A stretch of DNA of 64,000 bases from Spirochaetia bacterium (GTDB taxonomy: Bacteria; Spirochaetota; Spirochaetia; SZUA-6; Bin103). Position numbers and translations under genes: made by a program. Location: positions 472,783 to 536,782 of the forward strand of contig CBDBOV010000001.1 in the NCBI GenBank assembly GCA_965208575.1. The letters run 5' to 3'. Of the stretch, positions 9,911 through 19,641 are shown piece after piece. A model generated the notes under the pieces. That model was not told the origin of the DNA and made no database searches. It worked only from the letters and a program-made list of their open reading frames with translations. Positions within the stretch are counted from its first letter, which is position 1. The number at the start of each line of letters is the position of its first letter.

Positions 9911-10915
9911 CTAGACCGGGAATTCGAGCTGTTCGGCGCGGAATACCTCGCTGACCGACTGGCGGTTGTGGATGCGGGCGATGGCGTCGGCGAGCAGCGG
10001 CGCGATGGTGAGCACGCGCACCTTGCCGCCGAGGCGCTTGTGTTCGGGCACCGGCACGGTGTTGGTGGTGACCACCGCCTGCACCGACGGGCGGTCCAGG
10101 CGCTCCACCGCCGGCCCCACCAGCACGCCGTGGCTGACGCTGATGATCGCCGGCTCGGCGCCGGCATCCACCAGGGCGTCGGCCTGCTGGTAGATCGAGC
10201 CGCTGGCGATCACGTCGTCGATCAGCACCGGCGTCTTGCCGTGCACGTCGCCGACGATGTCCACCACCTCCACCTCCAGGCCGGCGACCCCGGAGCGCCG
10301 CTTGTGCACCACCACGATCGGCAGCTCCAGGATCATCGCGTACTTGTCGGCCATCTTGGCGCGCCCCACGTCGGAGGCCACCACGACGGCGTTGCCGAGG
10401 TCGAAGCTGTCGCGCAGGTAGCGGCACAGCGTGGTGACGGCGGTCAGGTGATCCACCGGGATGTCGAAAAAGCCCTGGATCTGGGTGCTGTGCAGGTCGA
10501 TGGAGACGATGCGGTCGGCGCCCGCGGTGGTAAGCAGGTTGGCGACCAGCTTGGCGGTGATCGGTTCGCGCCCGGTGGACTTGTGATCCTGGCGCGCGTA
10601 GCCGAAGTAGGGGATGACCGCGGTGATGGTGGCCGCCGACGCCCGGCGCAGGGCGTCGATCAGCACCAGCAGCTCCATCAAGGTGTCGTTGACCGGTTGG
10701 CAGGTTGGCTGGATGACGTACGCGTCCACGCCGCGCACGCTCTGCTCGATCTGGATGTGCACCTCTTCTTCGTGGAAGGTCTGGAAGCGCACCTCGCACA
10801 GGTCGCGGCCGAGCACGCTGGCCACTTCCAGCGCCAGTTCGGGACTGGAACGCCCGGAGAAGAGCCGGAAGCGGTCACTGAGGTCGGCGTTCACCAGCGC
10901 ACTTTCGGGAGCCAT
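9911..10915 (-). CDS. prs: Ribose-phosphate pyrophosphokinase
   Basis: PYFGYARQD, IDLHSTQIQGFFDIP, LIDDVIASG. Exact start uncertain. Confidence 0.93.
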   Translation of the reverse strand: MAPESALVNADLSDRFRLFSGRSSPELALEVASVLGRDLCEVRFQTFHEEEVHIQIEQSVRGVDAYVIQPTCQPVNDTLMELLVLIDALRRASAATITAVIPYFGYARQDHKSTGREPITAKLVANLLTTAGADRIVSIDLHSTQIQGFFDIPVDHLTAVTTLCRYLRDSFDLGNAVVVASDVGRAKMADKYAMILELPIVVVHKRRSGVAGLEVEVVDIVGDVHGKTPVLIDDVIASGSIYQQADALVDAGAEPAIISVSHGVLVGPAVERLDRPSVQAVVTTNTVPVPEHKRLGGKVRVLTIAPLLADAIARIHNRQSVSEVFRAEQLEFPV

Positions 10916-11090
10916 CAGGCGGTGACGGTAGCACCGGCGGCGGGCGGCCGTAAAGAGCTTCGGGCGCGGGCGGGGCGCGCCGCGAGACGGTCCCGCGGGC
11001 TGTCGCCGGCTCCGATGCGCCCGGACACCGGCACCGTGATCGCCGTACCGGGACGGTGTTCCGAGCCGGACGTGCTCGCCGGGCGGTGCG

Positions 11091-11342
11091 TCAGGGGCAG
11101 CAGGCGCAGCCGTTGGGCTGGCAGGGCACGCTCGGCGCCGGCTGCGCGGCCGCCGCGGGTTCCTTGCCGCCAATCAACGGTGCCGAGAACACGCGCCGCA
11201 GCGGCGCATCGACCGGCGTTTCGCCGGGATCGAGATCGGCGCTGTCGCACAATTCGCCCCAGGTCTGCAGCAGCGTGGTCATGGCGTGGCTCACCTCGAT
11301 GGTGCGCCCGTTGGTCTCGCAGTGGTAATCGTAAGCAGGCAT
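11091..11342 (-). CDS. FmdB-like zinc-ribbon small protein
   Basis: MPAYDYHC N-terminus and Cys-rich C-terminus CQPNGCACCP. Confidence 0.75.
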   Translation of the reverse strand: MPAYDYHCETNGRTIEVSHAMTTLLQTWGELCDSADLDPGETPVDAPLRRVFSAPLIGGKEPAAAAQPAPSVPCQPNGCACCP

Positions 11343-11401
11343 TCCTCAACCTCTTCCTGGTTCCTTAGCAAATGCTACCCGGCGCCGGTACGTCAAGCTC
11401 T

Positions 11402-12355
11402 TCATGCCGACCTCGTGTCGCCCGCCATTACCGGCAGCTCGTCGGCAGTCGGGAAGCCGTGCTGATGGCGGTGCGGCGGCGCGTCGAACGCCTGCGTCGA
11501 CTTGTACCACTCCAGGCGGCCGTCGGCGGCCACCGGGCGCACGCGGGCCAGGATCGCTTCCTGCTCCTCCGCGCTCATCGGCGTGAAATCGCGCGCGAGG
11601 GCACTGTTGTGGTCCACCATCTCGGTGGTGGTCATGCCGGAGATCAGCGTCGCAATCGGTTGCGACATGGCGAAGCGCAGGCACTCGGCCGCGGACAGTC
11701 CGGCCCTGGTCAGGAACTGAGTGCGCCCGCCGAGCGCCTTCATGCCGAGCACGCCGACGCCGCGCCGCTGCGCCTCCGGCAGCACGCCGCGGATGAAGCT
11801 CTTGTAGTGCGGGTCCATCACCGTCACCGGCATCTGCACCGAGGCCCACGGGAACTCGTGGCCGAGCATCGCCAGCAGGTAGGCGGGATCCTTGTGGCCG
11901 GTGCAGCCGACGTAGCGCACCTTGCCGTCGGCCAGCGCCTGGTGGGCCGCCTCGGCGGCGCCGTCGGCGGCGAACACCAGCTCGTCGTCGTTGGCGTAGT
12001 TGATCTCGTGGAATTGCCACAAGTCGATCACGTCGGTGCGCAGGCGGCGCAGGCTGTCCTCCAGGTTGGACAGCGCACCGGCGCGGTCGCGCGCGCACAC
12101 CTTGGTCATCAGGAACACTTCGTCGCGGCGGTGCTCGATCGCCTGCCCCATGAGGGTCTCCGAGCGGCCCCCGTTGTACTCCCAGGCGTTGTCCATGAAG
12201 GTCACCCCGCGGTCGATGGCGTGCCGGATCACGCGCACCACCTCGGCGTCGGAGTTGGCGGCCCCGACGCCGGCGACGTGGGCGCCGCCCATGCCGAGCA
12301 TCGACACCCGTTCCCCGGTCGACCCGAGCGGGCGGGTCGGTAGCTGGTCACTCAT
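11402..12355 (-). CDS. Aldo/keto reductase
   Basis: RPLGSTGERVS, FMDNAWEY, SLRRLRTDVIDLWQFH. Confidence 0.9.
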   Translation of the reverse strand: MSDQLPTRPLGSTGERVSMLGMGGAHVAGVGAANSDAEVVRVIRHAIDRGVTFMDNAWEYNGGRSETLMGQAIEHRRDEVFLMTKVCARDRAGALSNLEDSLRRLRTDVIDLWQFHEINYANDDELVFAADGAAEAAHQALADGKVRYVGCTGHKDPAYLLAMLGHEFPWASVQMPVTVMDPHYKSFIRGVLPEAQRRGVGVLGMKALGGRTQFLTRAGLSAAECLRFAMSQPIATLISGMTTTEMVDHNSALARDFTPMSAEEQEAILARVRPVAADGRLEWYKSTQAFDAPPHRHQHGFPTADELPVMAGDTRSA

Positions 12356-12416
12356 GTCTGGCACCCTACACCGCCGCGCCGACGCCATGCCAGCGCGCGG
12401 GAAGGCTCGTCGAGCG

Positions 12417-13889
12417 CTATCCGGGAAGGTAGGGCCGGTCGCCGACGGCGGCTTGCTGTTCGTGGAGCAGTTCGGTCAACTCCGCGGTCAGCGCGGCGTA
12501 GGCCGGATCGGCGTACACCGAGTGCATCTCGTACGGATCGCGCTGCAGGTCGAACAGCTCCCACTCCGCCTCCTCGGCGCGGCCGGTGTTGCCTGGGATG
12601 GCGAGCGGGTCGGCGTAGAAGTAGATCAGCTTGTGGGTGTGGGTGCGCACCCCGTAGTGCGCCCACGTGTTGTGGTGCGAGCCGTGCATCCAGTAGCGGT
12701 AGTACATGGCGGTGCGCCAGTCGGCGGGGGTGACGCCCTCCAGCAGCGGCCGGAACGAGCGGCCCTGCATGTCGTTCGGAATCGCCACTCCCGCGTAGTC
12801 CAGGAACGTCTCGGCGAAATCGACGTTCAGGATCATGTCATCGTTGACGCTGCCCGGCTGCACCGCGCGCGGGTAGCGCACGATGAACGGCATGCGCAGC
12901 GACTCCTCGTACATGAACCGCTTGTCGTACCAGCCGTGGTCGCCGAGAAAGAAGCCCTGGTCGGAGGTGTACACGACGATGGTGTCGTCGGCGATCCCGT
13001 CGGCGTCGAGGTAGTCGAGCAGCCGCCCGACACCCTCGTCGATGGCGTCCACGCAGCGCAGGTAGTCCTTGATGTAGCGCTGGTAGAGCCAGCGCTTGCG
13101 CTCGTCCGGCGATGCGAAGTGCGCCGGCTCGCCGCCGGTGGGGGTGAGCGATCCGGCTCCGGCGCCGAGCCGGCGTTGTGGATCGCCCGGCTCGGGCGGG
13201 TGCACCTTCACGTCGCCGGGGATGAAGTCGCGCTCGATGCGCATCTCGGCGGCCGCGGCGGCGCGGGCGCGGTGCGCGTAGTCGTCGTCGAAGGTCTCCG
13301 GGTAGGGGATCTCGTCGTCCTCGTAGCGGTGCGCGTGGCGCGGATGCGGGTCCCAGGGGCGGTGCGGCGCCTTGTGGTGGCACATCAGCAGGAATGGCCG
13401 CGACCGGTCGCGCTGCCGCAGCCAGCGCAGCGAGTGGTCGGTCACGATGTCGGTGGCGTAGCCGGGGATCACCTTGTGTTCGGTCATCTCCACCATCTCG
13501 GGGTCGTGGTAGCGCCCCTGACCCGGAAACACGGTCCAGTAGTCGAACCCGGTCGGCCAGTGCGCGGGGCCTTGGCCCAGGTGCCACTTGCCGACGTGAG
13601 CGGTCTGGTAGCCGGCGGCCTGCAGCAGCTTCGGGAAGGTCTGCAGGCGGTTGTCCATCAAGGTGGCCAGCGTGGTAACCCCGTTCACGTGGTTGTAGGT
13701 GCCGGTCAGGATCGTGGCCCGGCTCGGCGTGCAGATCGAGTTGGTGCAGAAGCAGTTGTCGAACCGCATCCCGCCCGCCGCGATGCGGTCCAGGTTGGGG
13801 GTGCGGTTGATGCGGCTTCCGTAACAACTCATCGCATGCGACGCATGATCGTCGCTCATGATAAACACGATGTTCGGCGCGCGCTTCAT
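12417..13889 (-). CDS. Formylglycine-dependent sulfatase
   Basis: PNIVFIMSDDH, CTPSR signature, GKWHLG, SDQGFFLGDHGWYDKR. Confidence 0.95.
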   Translation of the reverse strand: MKRAPNIVFIMSDDHASHAMSCYGSRINRTPNLDRIAAGGMRFDNCFCTNSICTPSRATILTGTYNHVNGVTTLATLMDNRLQTFPKLLQAAGYQTAHVGKWHLGQGPAHWPTGFDYWTVFPGQGRYHDPEMVEMTEHKVIPGYATDIVTDHSLRWLRQRDRSRPFLLMCHHKAPHRPWDPHPRHAHRYEDDEIPYPETFDDDYAHRARAAAAAEMRIERDFIPGDVKVHPPEPGDPQRRLGAGAGSLTPTGGEPAHFASPDERKRWLYQRYIKDYLRCVDAIDEGVGRLLDYLDADGIADDTIVVYTSDQGFFLGDHGWYDKRFMYEESLRMPFIVRYPRAVQPGSVNDDMILNVDFAETFLDYAGVAIPNDMQGRSFRPLLEGVTPADWRTAMYYRYWMHGSHHNTWAHYGVRTHTHKLIYFYADPLAIPGNTGRAEEAEWELFDLQRDPYEMHSVYADPAYAALTAELTELLHEQQAAVGDRPYLPG

Positions 13890-14017
13890 GACCTCAGAGT
13901 GATACCGGCGTAGTGGGCCCGTGTCTACGAGCCCCTCGCAATCATGATGAGAATATTGGGCGCGCGCTTCATGACCGGTGATTGATACCCGGCGCCGTGA
14001 TCCCGTGTCTACGAGCC
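13876..14017. repeat. Imperfect ~58-bp tandem duplication spanning the Fic stop and sulfatase start
   Basis: Copies at 13876-13933 and 13959-14017 share ggcgcgcgcttcatgacc...tgatacc...cccgtgtctacgagcc. Confidence 0.85.
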
Positions 14018-15412
14018 GGTCCAGGCTCCCTGCCACGCCTCGAACTCGGACGGCCTGACCCGGTAGCGCGCGAAGTTGCCCTCGTGCAGGCTCAGCAACT
14101 CTCTCTCGGCGACCTCTCGGAACCGCTCTCGCTGTTGTTGGTCGATGTGCTCCTCGGTCCACGCGGCGACCCAGGCACTGGCGCGCTTCGTGTTCATGCG
14201 CTCGCGAATGACCGTGCCGATCACCTCGCGCAGCGCCGAGCGGTGCTGCAACCGAAACGGATCGGGTTCTCCCAGGGACTGCCTGACGGCGGCGTAGCGG
14301 GCCGCCGATCGCCCGTATGCCCAGATGAACACGTCGCGCAGCAACTCGACGCGCTTCATCTCGTACACGCCGAGGATCGCTTCGGTATACAGGTCGCGCG
14401 GTACGTCCTCGAAGGACAGCGGCACCAGGTTTGCCTTGATCAGTGGAATGTTGGCGGCGAGCCGCGACACTCGCTTGTTGACATCATCGAACGGCTGCAA
14501 ATAGGGAAGCTGCACCATCACGAACAGCGCCTGCTCGAACGGATCGTCGATCGCGGCGGCGGTGGCAAGAATCTGACCGAAGCACTCTTCGATCAGGGCC
14601 GGCGTCTCCAGCGGATAAAACACCGAGCCGTCGATACCGACGGCGATACGGCGGAGCCGCCCCGCCGCGCGGGAATCGGCAAGCAGGTTGTCCGCAAGCA
14701 GCGCGTGGAGACTGAGGATGGTGTGGCGATCGAAGCCGATCCTCCCTGCCTCGTCTACCAGGAACTCGATCGCGTCCTTGTGGTTGAGGATCATCTGCGC
14801 TTCGAGCCGTTGCTTTCCTTCCGCTTCCTCGCCAATCTCCAGCAGGCGCGTGGTATCGAGCAGCGAATAGGTGTTGCCCTCGAGGCGGCTCGAGTTCCAG
14901 GACAGATCGATCAACAACCTGTTCAGGATTTGTCTCGCGTAGGTGCCGGCGGGTTGGCCGGCGGTCACCGGCCGCCCCACTTCGTGGAGGTGCTGCCGCT
15001 CCGCCTGTGAGAAATAGAAGGTCATGTTGGGCCGGTACGAATCGAGGAACGCCCGGTCATAGCCGACCGGGCGGCGCGCCGCGAGCGGCTGGCGGACATA
15101 CTCCCGAACCTCAGCCCCGGCCTCCGACAGCCCGGGTACAGCTTCAACCCTTATGCCGACCGTGGGAGTCCCTGAGACCGCATGGATCGCGATATCGACC
15201 ATCCTCGGCACGCGGTAACGTGCTGAGCGGCCTGTGCCTTCCATGATCAGGCGCTTGTTGTCGACGAGAGACTTCAGGCGGTATTGCAGTGTCCTCCGTG
15301 GCGGTGCACTGGCCAGGGCTGCCTCGATCTGTGCTGCAGTCCTGCCCTCCGGGTGTTCCTGCAAGACAGCTTCGATTGCCTGAAGATGCGCTTCCTGCAC
15401 GGTCCGTGCCAC
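14009..15412 (-). CDS. Fic-family protein with N-terminal HTH and non-canonical motif
   Basis: SWNSSRLEGN and QPFDDVNKRVSR (canonical HPFxxGNGR). GTG 15412 preceded by GGAGG. Confidence 0.88.
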   Translation of the reverse strand: MARTVQEAHLQAIEAVLQEHPEGRTAAQIEAALASAPPRRTLQYRLKSLVDNKRLIMEGTGRSARYRVPRMVDIAIHAVSGTPTVGIRVEAVPGLSEAGAEVREYVRQPLAARRPVGYDRAFLDSYRPNMTFYFSQAERQHLHEVGRPVTAGQPAGTYARQILNRLLIDLSWNSSRLEGNTYSLLDTTRLLEIGEEAEGKQRLEAQMILNHKDAIEFLVDEAGRIGFDRHTILSLHALLADNLLADSRAAGRLRRIAVGIDGSVFYPLETPALIEECFGQILATAAAIDDPFEQALFVMVQLPYLQPFDDVNKRVSRLAANIPLIKANLVPLSFEDVPRDLYTEAILGVYEMKRVELLRDVFIWAYGRSAARYAAVRQSLGEPDPFRLQHRSALREVIGTVIRERMNTKRASAWVAAWTEEHIDQQQRERFREVAERELLSLHEGNFARYRVRPSEFEAWQGAWTGS

Positions 15413-15424
15413 GTTGCCCCTCCG

Positions 15425-15560
15425 AAGTTGCGCGAAAGATATGCGCGCAAGGTCAGTGGATGAACGCGCAATATACGAGAGTATGCGCAAGCGTAGCGAA
15501 TCTTCGCGCAACTTTCAATATTATGCGCAGCTATTCTTGCGCAATAAACCGTTCACGCAA
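15425..15560. promoter_or_regulatory. Periodic GCGCAA repeat array upstream of the Fic gene
   Basis: GCGCAA-like hexamers end at 15450, 15471, 15490, 15511, 15530, 15544 and 15560. 12-bp inverted repeat at 15425-15436/15503-15514. Confidence 0.55.
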
Positions 15561-15595
15561 GTTCGAGCGGGTGGCGGCCGGCGGGGCAGCCTCGC

Positions 15596-16430
15596 TTACG
15601 CCAGTTGCGGGGTGCTCGGCTTGTTGAGCGGCGCGCCGCGGCGCAGGCCGGCGGTGCCGACCGTGTGTGTTCTCGACGCGCGAGTTCCAGTCCGGCCAGT
15701 CGTAGACGGCGTCGGCGGACATGTAGGCGACGGTCATCGCCTCGCGCATGGCGGGGGTGCGGTTGGCGTCGGCGCGGTGGTAGACGCAGCCGGAGTGGAA
15801 CGTGCAGTCGCCCGCGGCCAGCGGCACCCACCGCCAGTCCAGCTCGCCGGGCAGCGGGATATCTTCGGTGACGTTGAAGATGTCGACGAACTCCGGGGCG
15901 TCCACGGCGCGGTGGCTGCCGGCGGCGAACGCCATGCAGCCGCGCTCGCGCGGCACGTCGACCAGCGCCACCCAGATGGTGGTGGTGTGCCCCGCCGGCT
16001 GCACCGGCCAGAACGCCGCGTCCGCGTGGTAGTCGGTGAGCCGCCCGCCGGGCTGCTTGTAGAGCGCCTGGTCGAACCACAGCCGCACCCCGCGGATCCC
16101 CATCAACCGGCGCGCCAGGTCGGCGAACCGGAACGCATGCGCGAACGGCCGGATCGCCGGATACTTCGGCCCCAGGTTGATCGCCTGCAGGAAGCTGCGC
16201 TCGTACACCCGCTTGTCCGCCGGTGCGCGGTCGTCGTCGACGAAGTAGTGGCCAACGGCGTAGCCGATCACCTCCCGGAAGTAGCGCAGCGCCTCGCCGT
16301 AAATCACCCGCTCCAGCTTCACGAACCCATGCTCCCGGTAGTGCTCGACCTGCTCCGGAGCGAGCGCATAGGGCCCGGCCAGAAACTCGCTCACCGCGCG
16401 CGGCGGCGGCTCGTACAACCGCCGCTCCAC
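15596..16430 (-). CDS. Phytanoyl-CoA dioxygenase (PhyH) family Fe(II)/2OG enzyme with probable C-terminal frameshift
   Basis: HAD iron motif (YHADAAFWP) and FHSGCVYHRA. As sequenced the ORF runs to 15531; a GC3-rich alternative frame stops at 15596. Confidence 0.8.
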
Positions 16431-16553
16431 ATCCGGCCGGCAACACCGGCTTCAGCGACCGCCTCAGATCCATTGTTGGGCTGTTGCGGTACCTACGCCT
16501 TTCAGTCGGTACCGGAGAGACCCACGAGCTTCGATGTGGGCCACAGGGTCCTG

Positions 16554-16742
16554 TCAGTCCTTCTTTGGTTGCTGTTGGGTGTCGTCGGACGAGGACGGGT
16601 GAGTCGCAAGAGTTGTTTCGCCTGTTCCTCCCTTGGGTGGAACTATTTTCTCGGGAGGAACAGTGGTCTTCGGTGTGTAGCCCCTTCGATGAAGTGGCCA
16701 GTCATCGACTCCCTGCCTTGGTGTGTTCTTCCGATGCTTCAT
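16554..16742 (-). CDS. Small Pro/Thr-rich hypothetical peptide (62 aa)
   Basis: ATG preceded by AGGAGG; overlaps the 3' end of the DUF6338 gene; contains GYTP...PPKGG. Confidence 0.55.
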   Translation of the reverse strand: MKHRKNTPRQGVDDWPLHRRGYTPKTTVPPEKIVPPKGGTGETTLATHPSSSDDTQQQPKKD

Positions 16743-17328
16743 TCGAAGGTCCTCCTACTGCGTAGAATTCAAGGTAGTCGATGACGCCGTGGTTGACAAG
16801 TGCTCCCATGGTTGCGTCGATTCTCGATTGGAATCGTCCTTGCTCATCCACTTTCCACACTTCGCCAAGATAGATGTCTTGAGATTCGGGATAGGAGGAA
16901 GCAAACGACTCACCGTTGTACAACCCGCCGATCACTTTGCCGTCTTTGAGATGTACAAGGACGAAGCACGAGTGTCCTTGGCGAAAGAAGTAATCCCAAG
17001 CCAAGGGATCAGGGTGTATGATACGGCCGCGAAGCATGCGCCCGTTGAGGGTTGCCCGAAGTAGTACCGGCCATGCAGCGGGAGCACCAATGAAGACGCC
17101 GGCTCCGACGATGATTCGCAGCCATAGCGGAGAGTCCGTGGTAATCGCTAGCAGCCAAGAGAGTGCAGCGAAGTTCAGCGCGCTGAAGGCGATGATATCC
17201 AGCAGGTAGTCCGCCAGCTTCAATCGTGCCGTCGGATTGATGAGAGTCCACACCTTCAGGGACGCGAATCCCGGAATGATCAGGACCAGGATCTCTTCGA
17301 GTCTGTCGAAATCCAAGAGCTCAAGCAT
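16702..17328 (-). CDS. DUF6338-like membrane protein
   Basis: IPGF, three TM helices, PLAWDYFF, HLKDGKVIGGLY, SFASSYP..DIYL. Lower GC than flanks. Confidence 0.75.
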   Translation of the reverse strand: MLELLDFDRLEEILVLIIPGFASLKVWTLINPTARLKLADYLLDIIAFSALNFAALSWLLAITTDSPLWLRIIVGAGVFIGAPAAWPVLLRATLNGRMLRGRIIHPDPLAWDYFFRQGHSCFVLVHLKDGKVIGGLYNGESFASSYPESQDIYLGEVWKVDEQGRFQSRIDATMGALVNHGVIDYLEFYAVGGPSNEASEEHTKAGSR

Positions 17329-17355
17329 TGATCGCAACTCGCATGGGTGGCCGGG

Positions 17356-18429
17356 TCATGGGAAGCGGATGCCGAGTTTTACTACGCGGTCGGGGTGGTC
17401 CTGGATCCAGTGGTAGACTTCGGCGGACTGCTCGAAGGGGACGATCGGGTGCACCAGGCCGTCGCTCTGCAGGCGGCCCTCGCGCATCAGGTGAAGGGCG
17501 GTCTCCTCGACACGGCGGTTGTCCCAGAGTGGGTGATCGCGGGACGGGTTGCCCCACACCGGCATGCTGCTGCGCACCGTCACGCGGGTCAGGTGCCACT
17601 CCTCGTCCAGGTGCAGGGCGCTGCCGGGGCCGTGGTAGTTTGACACGGTCACCACCAAGCCGGAGTAGTGCACGGCGCGGATCGCGTCCTGCAGAGCGCC
17701 GTAGTTGCCGCTCACCTCGATGGCCACGTCGACGCCGGCGCCGGCGGTGGCCTTCTTGATCTCCAGGCCCGCGTCGCTGACGGCGGGATCGTAGCAGGCG
17801 GTGGCGCCGAGGCGGCGGGCGAGCGCGCGACGCGAGGGCAGCGGGTCGACGGCATACACGGTCACCGCGCCGCTCAGGAGGGTCATCTGCAGGATGAGCA
17901 GGCCGATGGCGCCGAGACCGAACACCGCCACCCGCTCGCCGACCCGCACGTTGGCATCGCGCACCGCTGCCAGCGCGAAGTGGGCGGGGTCGAGCAGCAC
18001 CACCTGCTCGCTCCGGCGGCACCAAGTGCAGTTCCTGCTCGCGCGGGCCGGCGGCCATCGATTTGTAGGGGCCGTCCTCGGGCACGGTGTGGGTTTCCCG
18101 AATCGGCAGGTGGCCGTACACGCGGTCGCCCACCTTGAACCGGGTCACCGCGCCGCCCACCTCGGTGACCGGCCCACGGTCATGTTGCCGAGGCGGCGCG
18201 GAAACGGCCGTCCGGTAGCATCCCCATTCGCGGGCACGAAGATTCGGTACTCGGGGTGAAAGCGCCGCGCGAGCCGGCGCTGGACGTCCAGGTAGGCGTG
18301 CGACTCGGTGCCGTGCTTGGGGGCGACGAACTCGCTCCGGATGCGGACGTCGCGGTCGCCGAGCGGCGGCTCTTCGTATTCGACCAGCTCGGTGGTGCGC
18401 GGCGCGACCGCCACCAGGGCGCGCGGCAT
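17356..18429 (-). pseudogene. Zinc-type (MDR) alcohol dehydrogenase-like gene with two frameshifts
   Basis: Three consecutive frames: KHGTE...LGNMTVG, then FKVGDRVY, then GLGAIG Rossmann. Breaks near 18170 and 18010. Confidence 0.85.
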
Positions 18430-18433
18430 CCGG

Positions 18434-19567
18434 CTATTCCTGCGAGGCGCGTGCGGCGCGCGCCTTCATTGCGGCCATCTCGGCGTTTACCGGCACGGTG
18501 CGGCCCGGGTGGCGGCGCGCCGGGTCATGCAGCCAGCGGCCCTGGTTGTCGCGCAGCACCGGCAGGCGGGCGGCCATCGGCGGCGGCGTGGCCGCGGCGG
18601 CCGGTTCGGCGGCGTACCAGTACGCCGTGGAGGCCATCTCGTTGGCCAGGTGGTTGCCGTGGCCGTGCTCGATGGTCACCTTGATCTCCTCGCGGAAACG
18701 CACCGGGTTCTCCAGGTGCAGCACGTAGCTGGTCTGGTAGCCGCCGGTGTTGTCCTCGAAGATCGACGAGCCATTGCGCAGGAACGCGTTGTCCTGCATG
18801 CGCCACGCCTGGTTCAGGTAGTCCTCGCTGCCGGTGCCGTGCAGGTCGGGCGGCCAGCGGTAGCCGTCCACCCAGATCATGTCGTCGCCCTCGCCCCACC
18901 AGGTGCCCTGGAAGTTGGTAACCGACATGTTGCAGCCGAGGTAGTGCCCGCGCCCGCGCGTCTGGAGGATCACGTAGTTGTTGTCCCACGCCTCCCGTTC
19001 GCGGTTGACCACGTTGGCCTCCGGCGTGTTGACGCGGATCTCGTGCCCCCAGCCGCCGAACGGGTTGGCGCGGCGGAACTCGGCGTGCAGGTAGCCCGCC
19101 TCCGCGCGCGGCTCGTCCAGCCGCTCGTAGTCGATGTAGAAGTACTGCAGGTGCTCGTCAGCGCTCTCGTTGACCAGCTCCAGCAGCGCACGGCGCCGGA
19201 ACGGCATGGGGACGTAGCTGTTCAGGGCGCAGCCTTCGTTGAAGCGGTTGTTCGACCGGGTCGAGGCCGTGAACAGCGCCGACTGGTAGCTGTTCACGAT
19301 GCCGTGGCCGAGGCCGAAGAAGTCGCCGAGCGGCACCACGACACTGGGCGCGGGCGCGTCGTCCCAGGTGATGCGCAGCAGGCACTCGCGGTAGTGGTTG
19401 CGCTGCGTGAACCAGAGGTGGGTGATGACGCCCGGGCCTTCCAGGTCGGCAAGCACGCGCGCCTCCCCGGGCGCCAGCAGCCAGCGGTCCCGGTTGCGGC
19501 CGCTGGTGTCCCACGAGGAAACCCGCCCGGTGCGGCCGCCGGTGAGCGAAGCAAGGTGATCGTACAT
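18434..19567 (-). CDS. Glycoside hydrolase family 172 (DUF2961)
   Basis: GPGVITHLW, VPLGDFFG, WWGEGDD, GTGSEDY. Confidence 0.9.
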   Translation of the reverse strand: MYDHLASLTGGRTGRVSSWDTSGRNRDRWLLAPGEARVLADLEGPGVITHLWFTQRNHYRECLLRITWDDAPAPSVVVPLGDFFGLGHGIVNSYQSALFTASTRSNNRFNEGCALNSYVPMPFRRRALLELVNESADEHLQYFYIDYERLDEPRAEAGYLHAEFRRANPFGGWGHEIRVNTPEANVVNREREAWDNNYVILQTRGRGHYLGCNMSVTNFQGTWWGEGDDMIWVDGYRWPPDLHGTGSEDYLNQAWRMQDNAFLRNGSSIFEDNTGGYQTSYVLHLENPVRFREEIKVTIEHGHGNHLANEMASTAYWYAAEPAAAATPPPMAARLPVLRDNQGRWLHDPARRHPGRTVPVNAEMAAMKARAARASQE

Positions 19568-19641
19568 GCGGCGCTACTGTACGGGAGCCCGGCACGGGCG
19601 GGCAAACCGGGTGGCGCCCAGCACCCTCGCGGCTCGGCCTG

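Noticed and set aside
9911-10915. Functional link between prs (PRPP synthesis) and the island PRTase
   Set aside because: More than 30 kb apart, and prs has host-like composition. No evidence of linkage.
7910-11368. 1152-aa plus-strand ORF
   Set aside because: Antisense shadow of the SBP pseudogene and prs. No motifs; expected in high-GC DNA.
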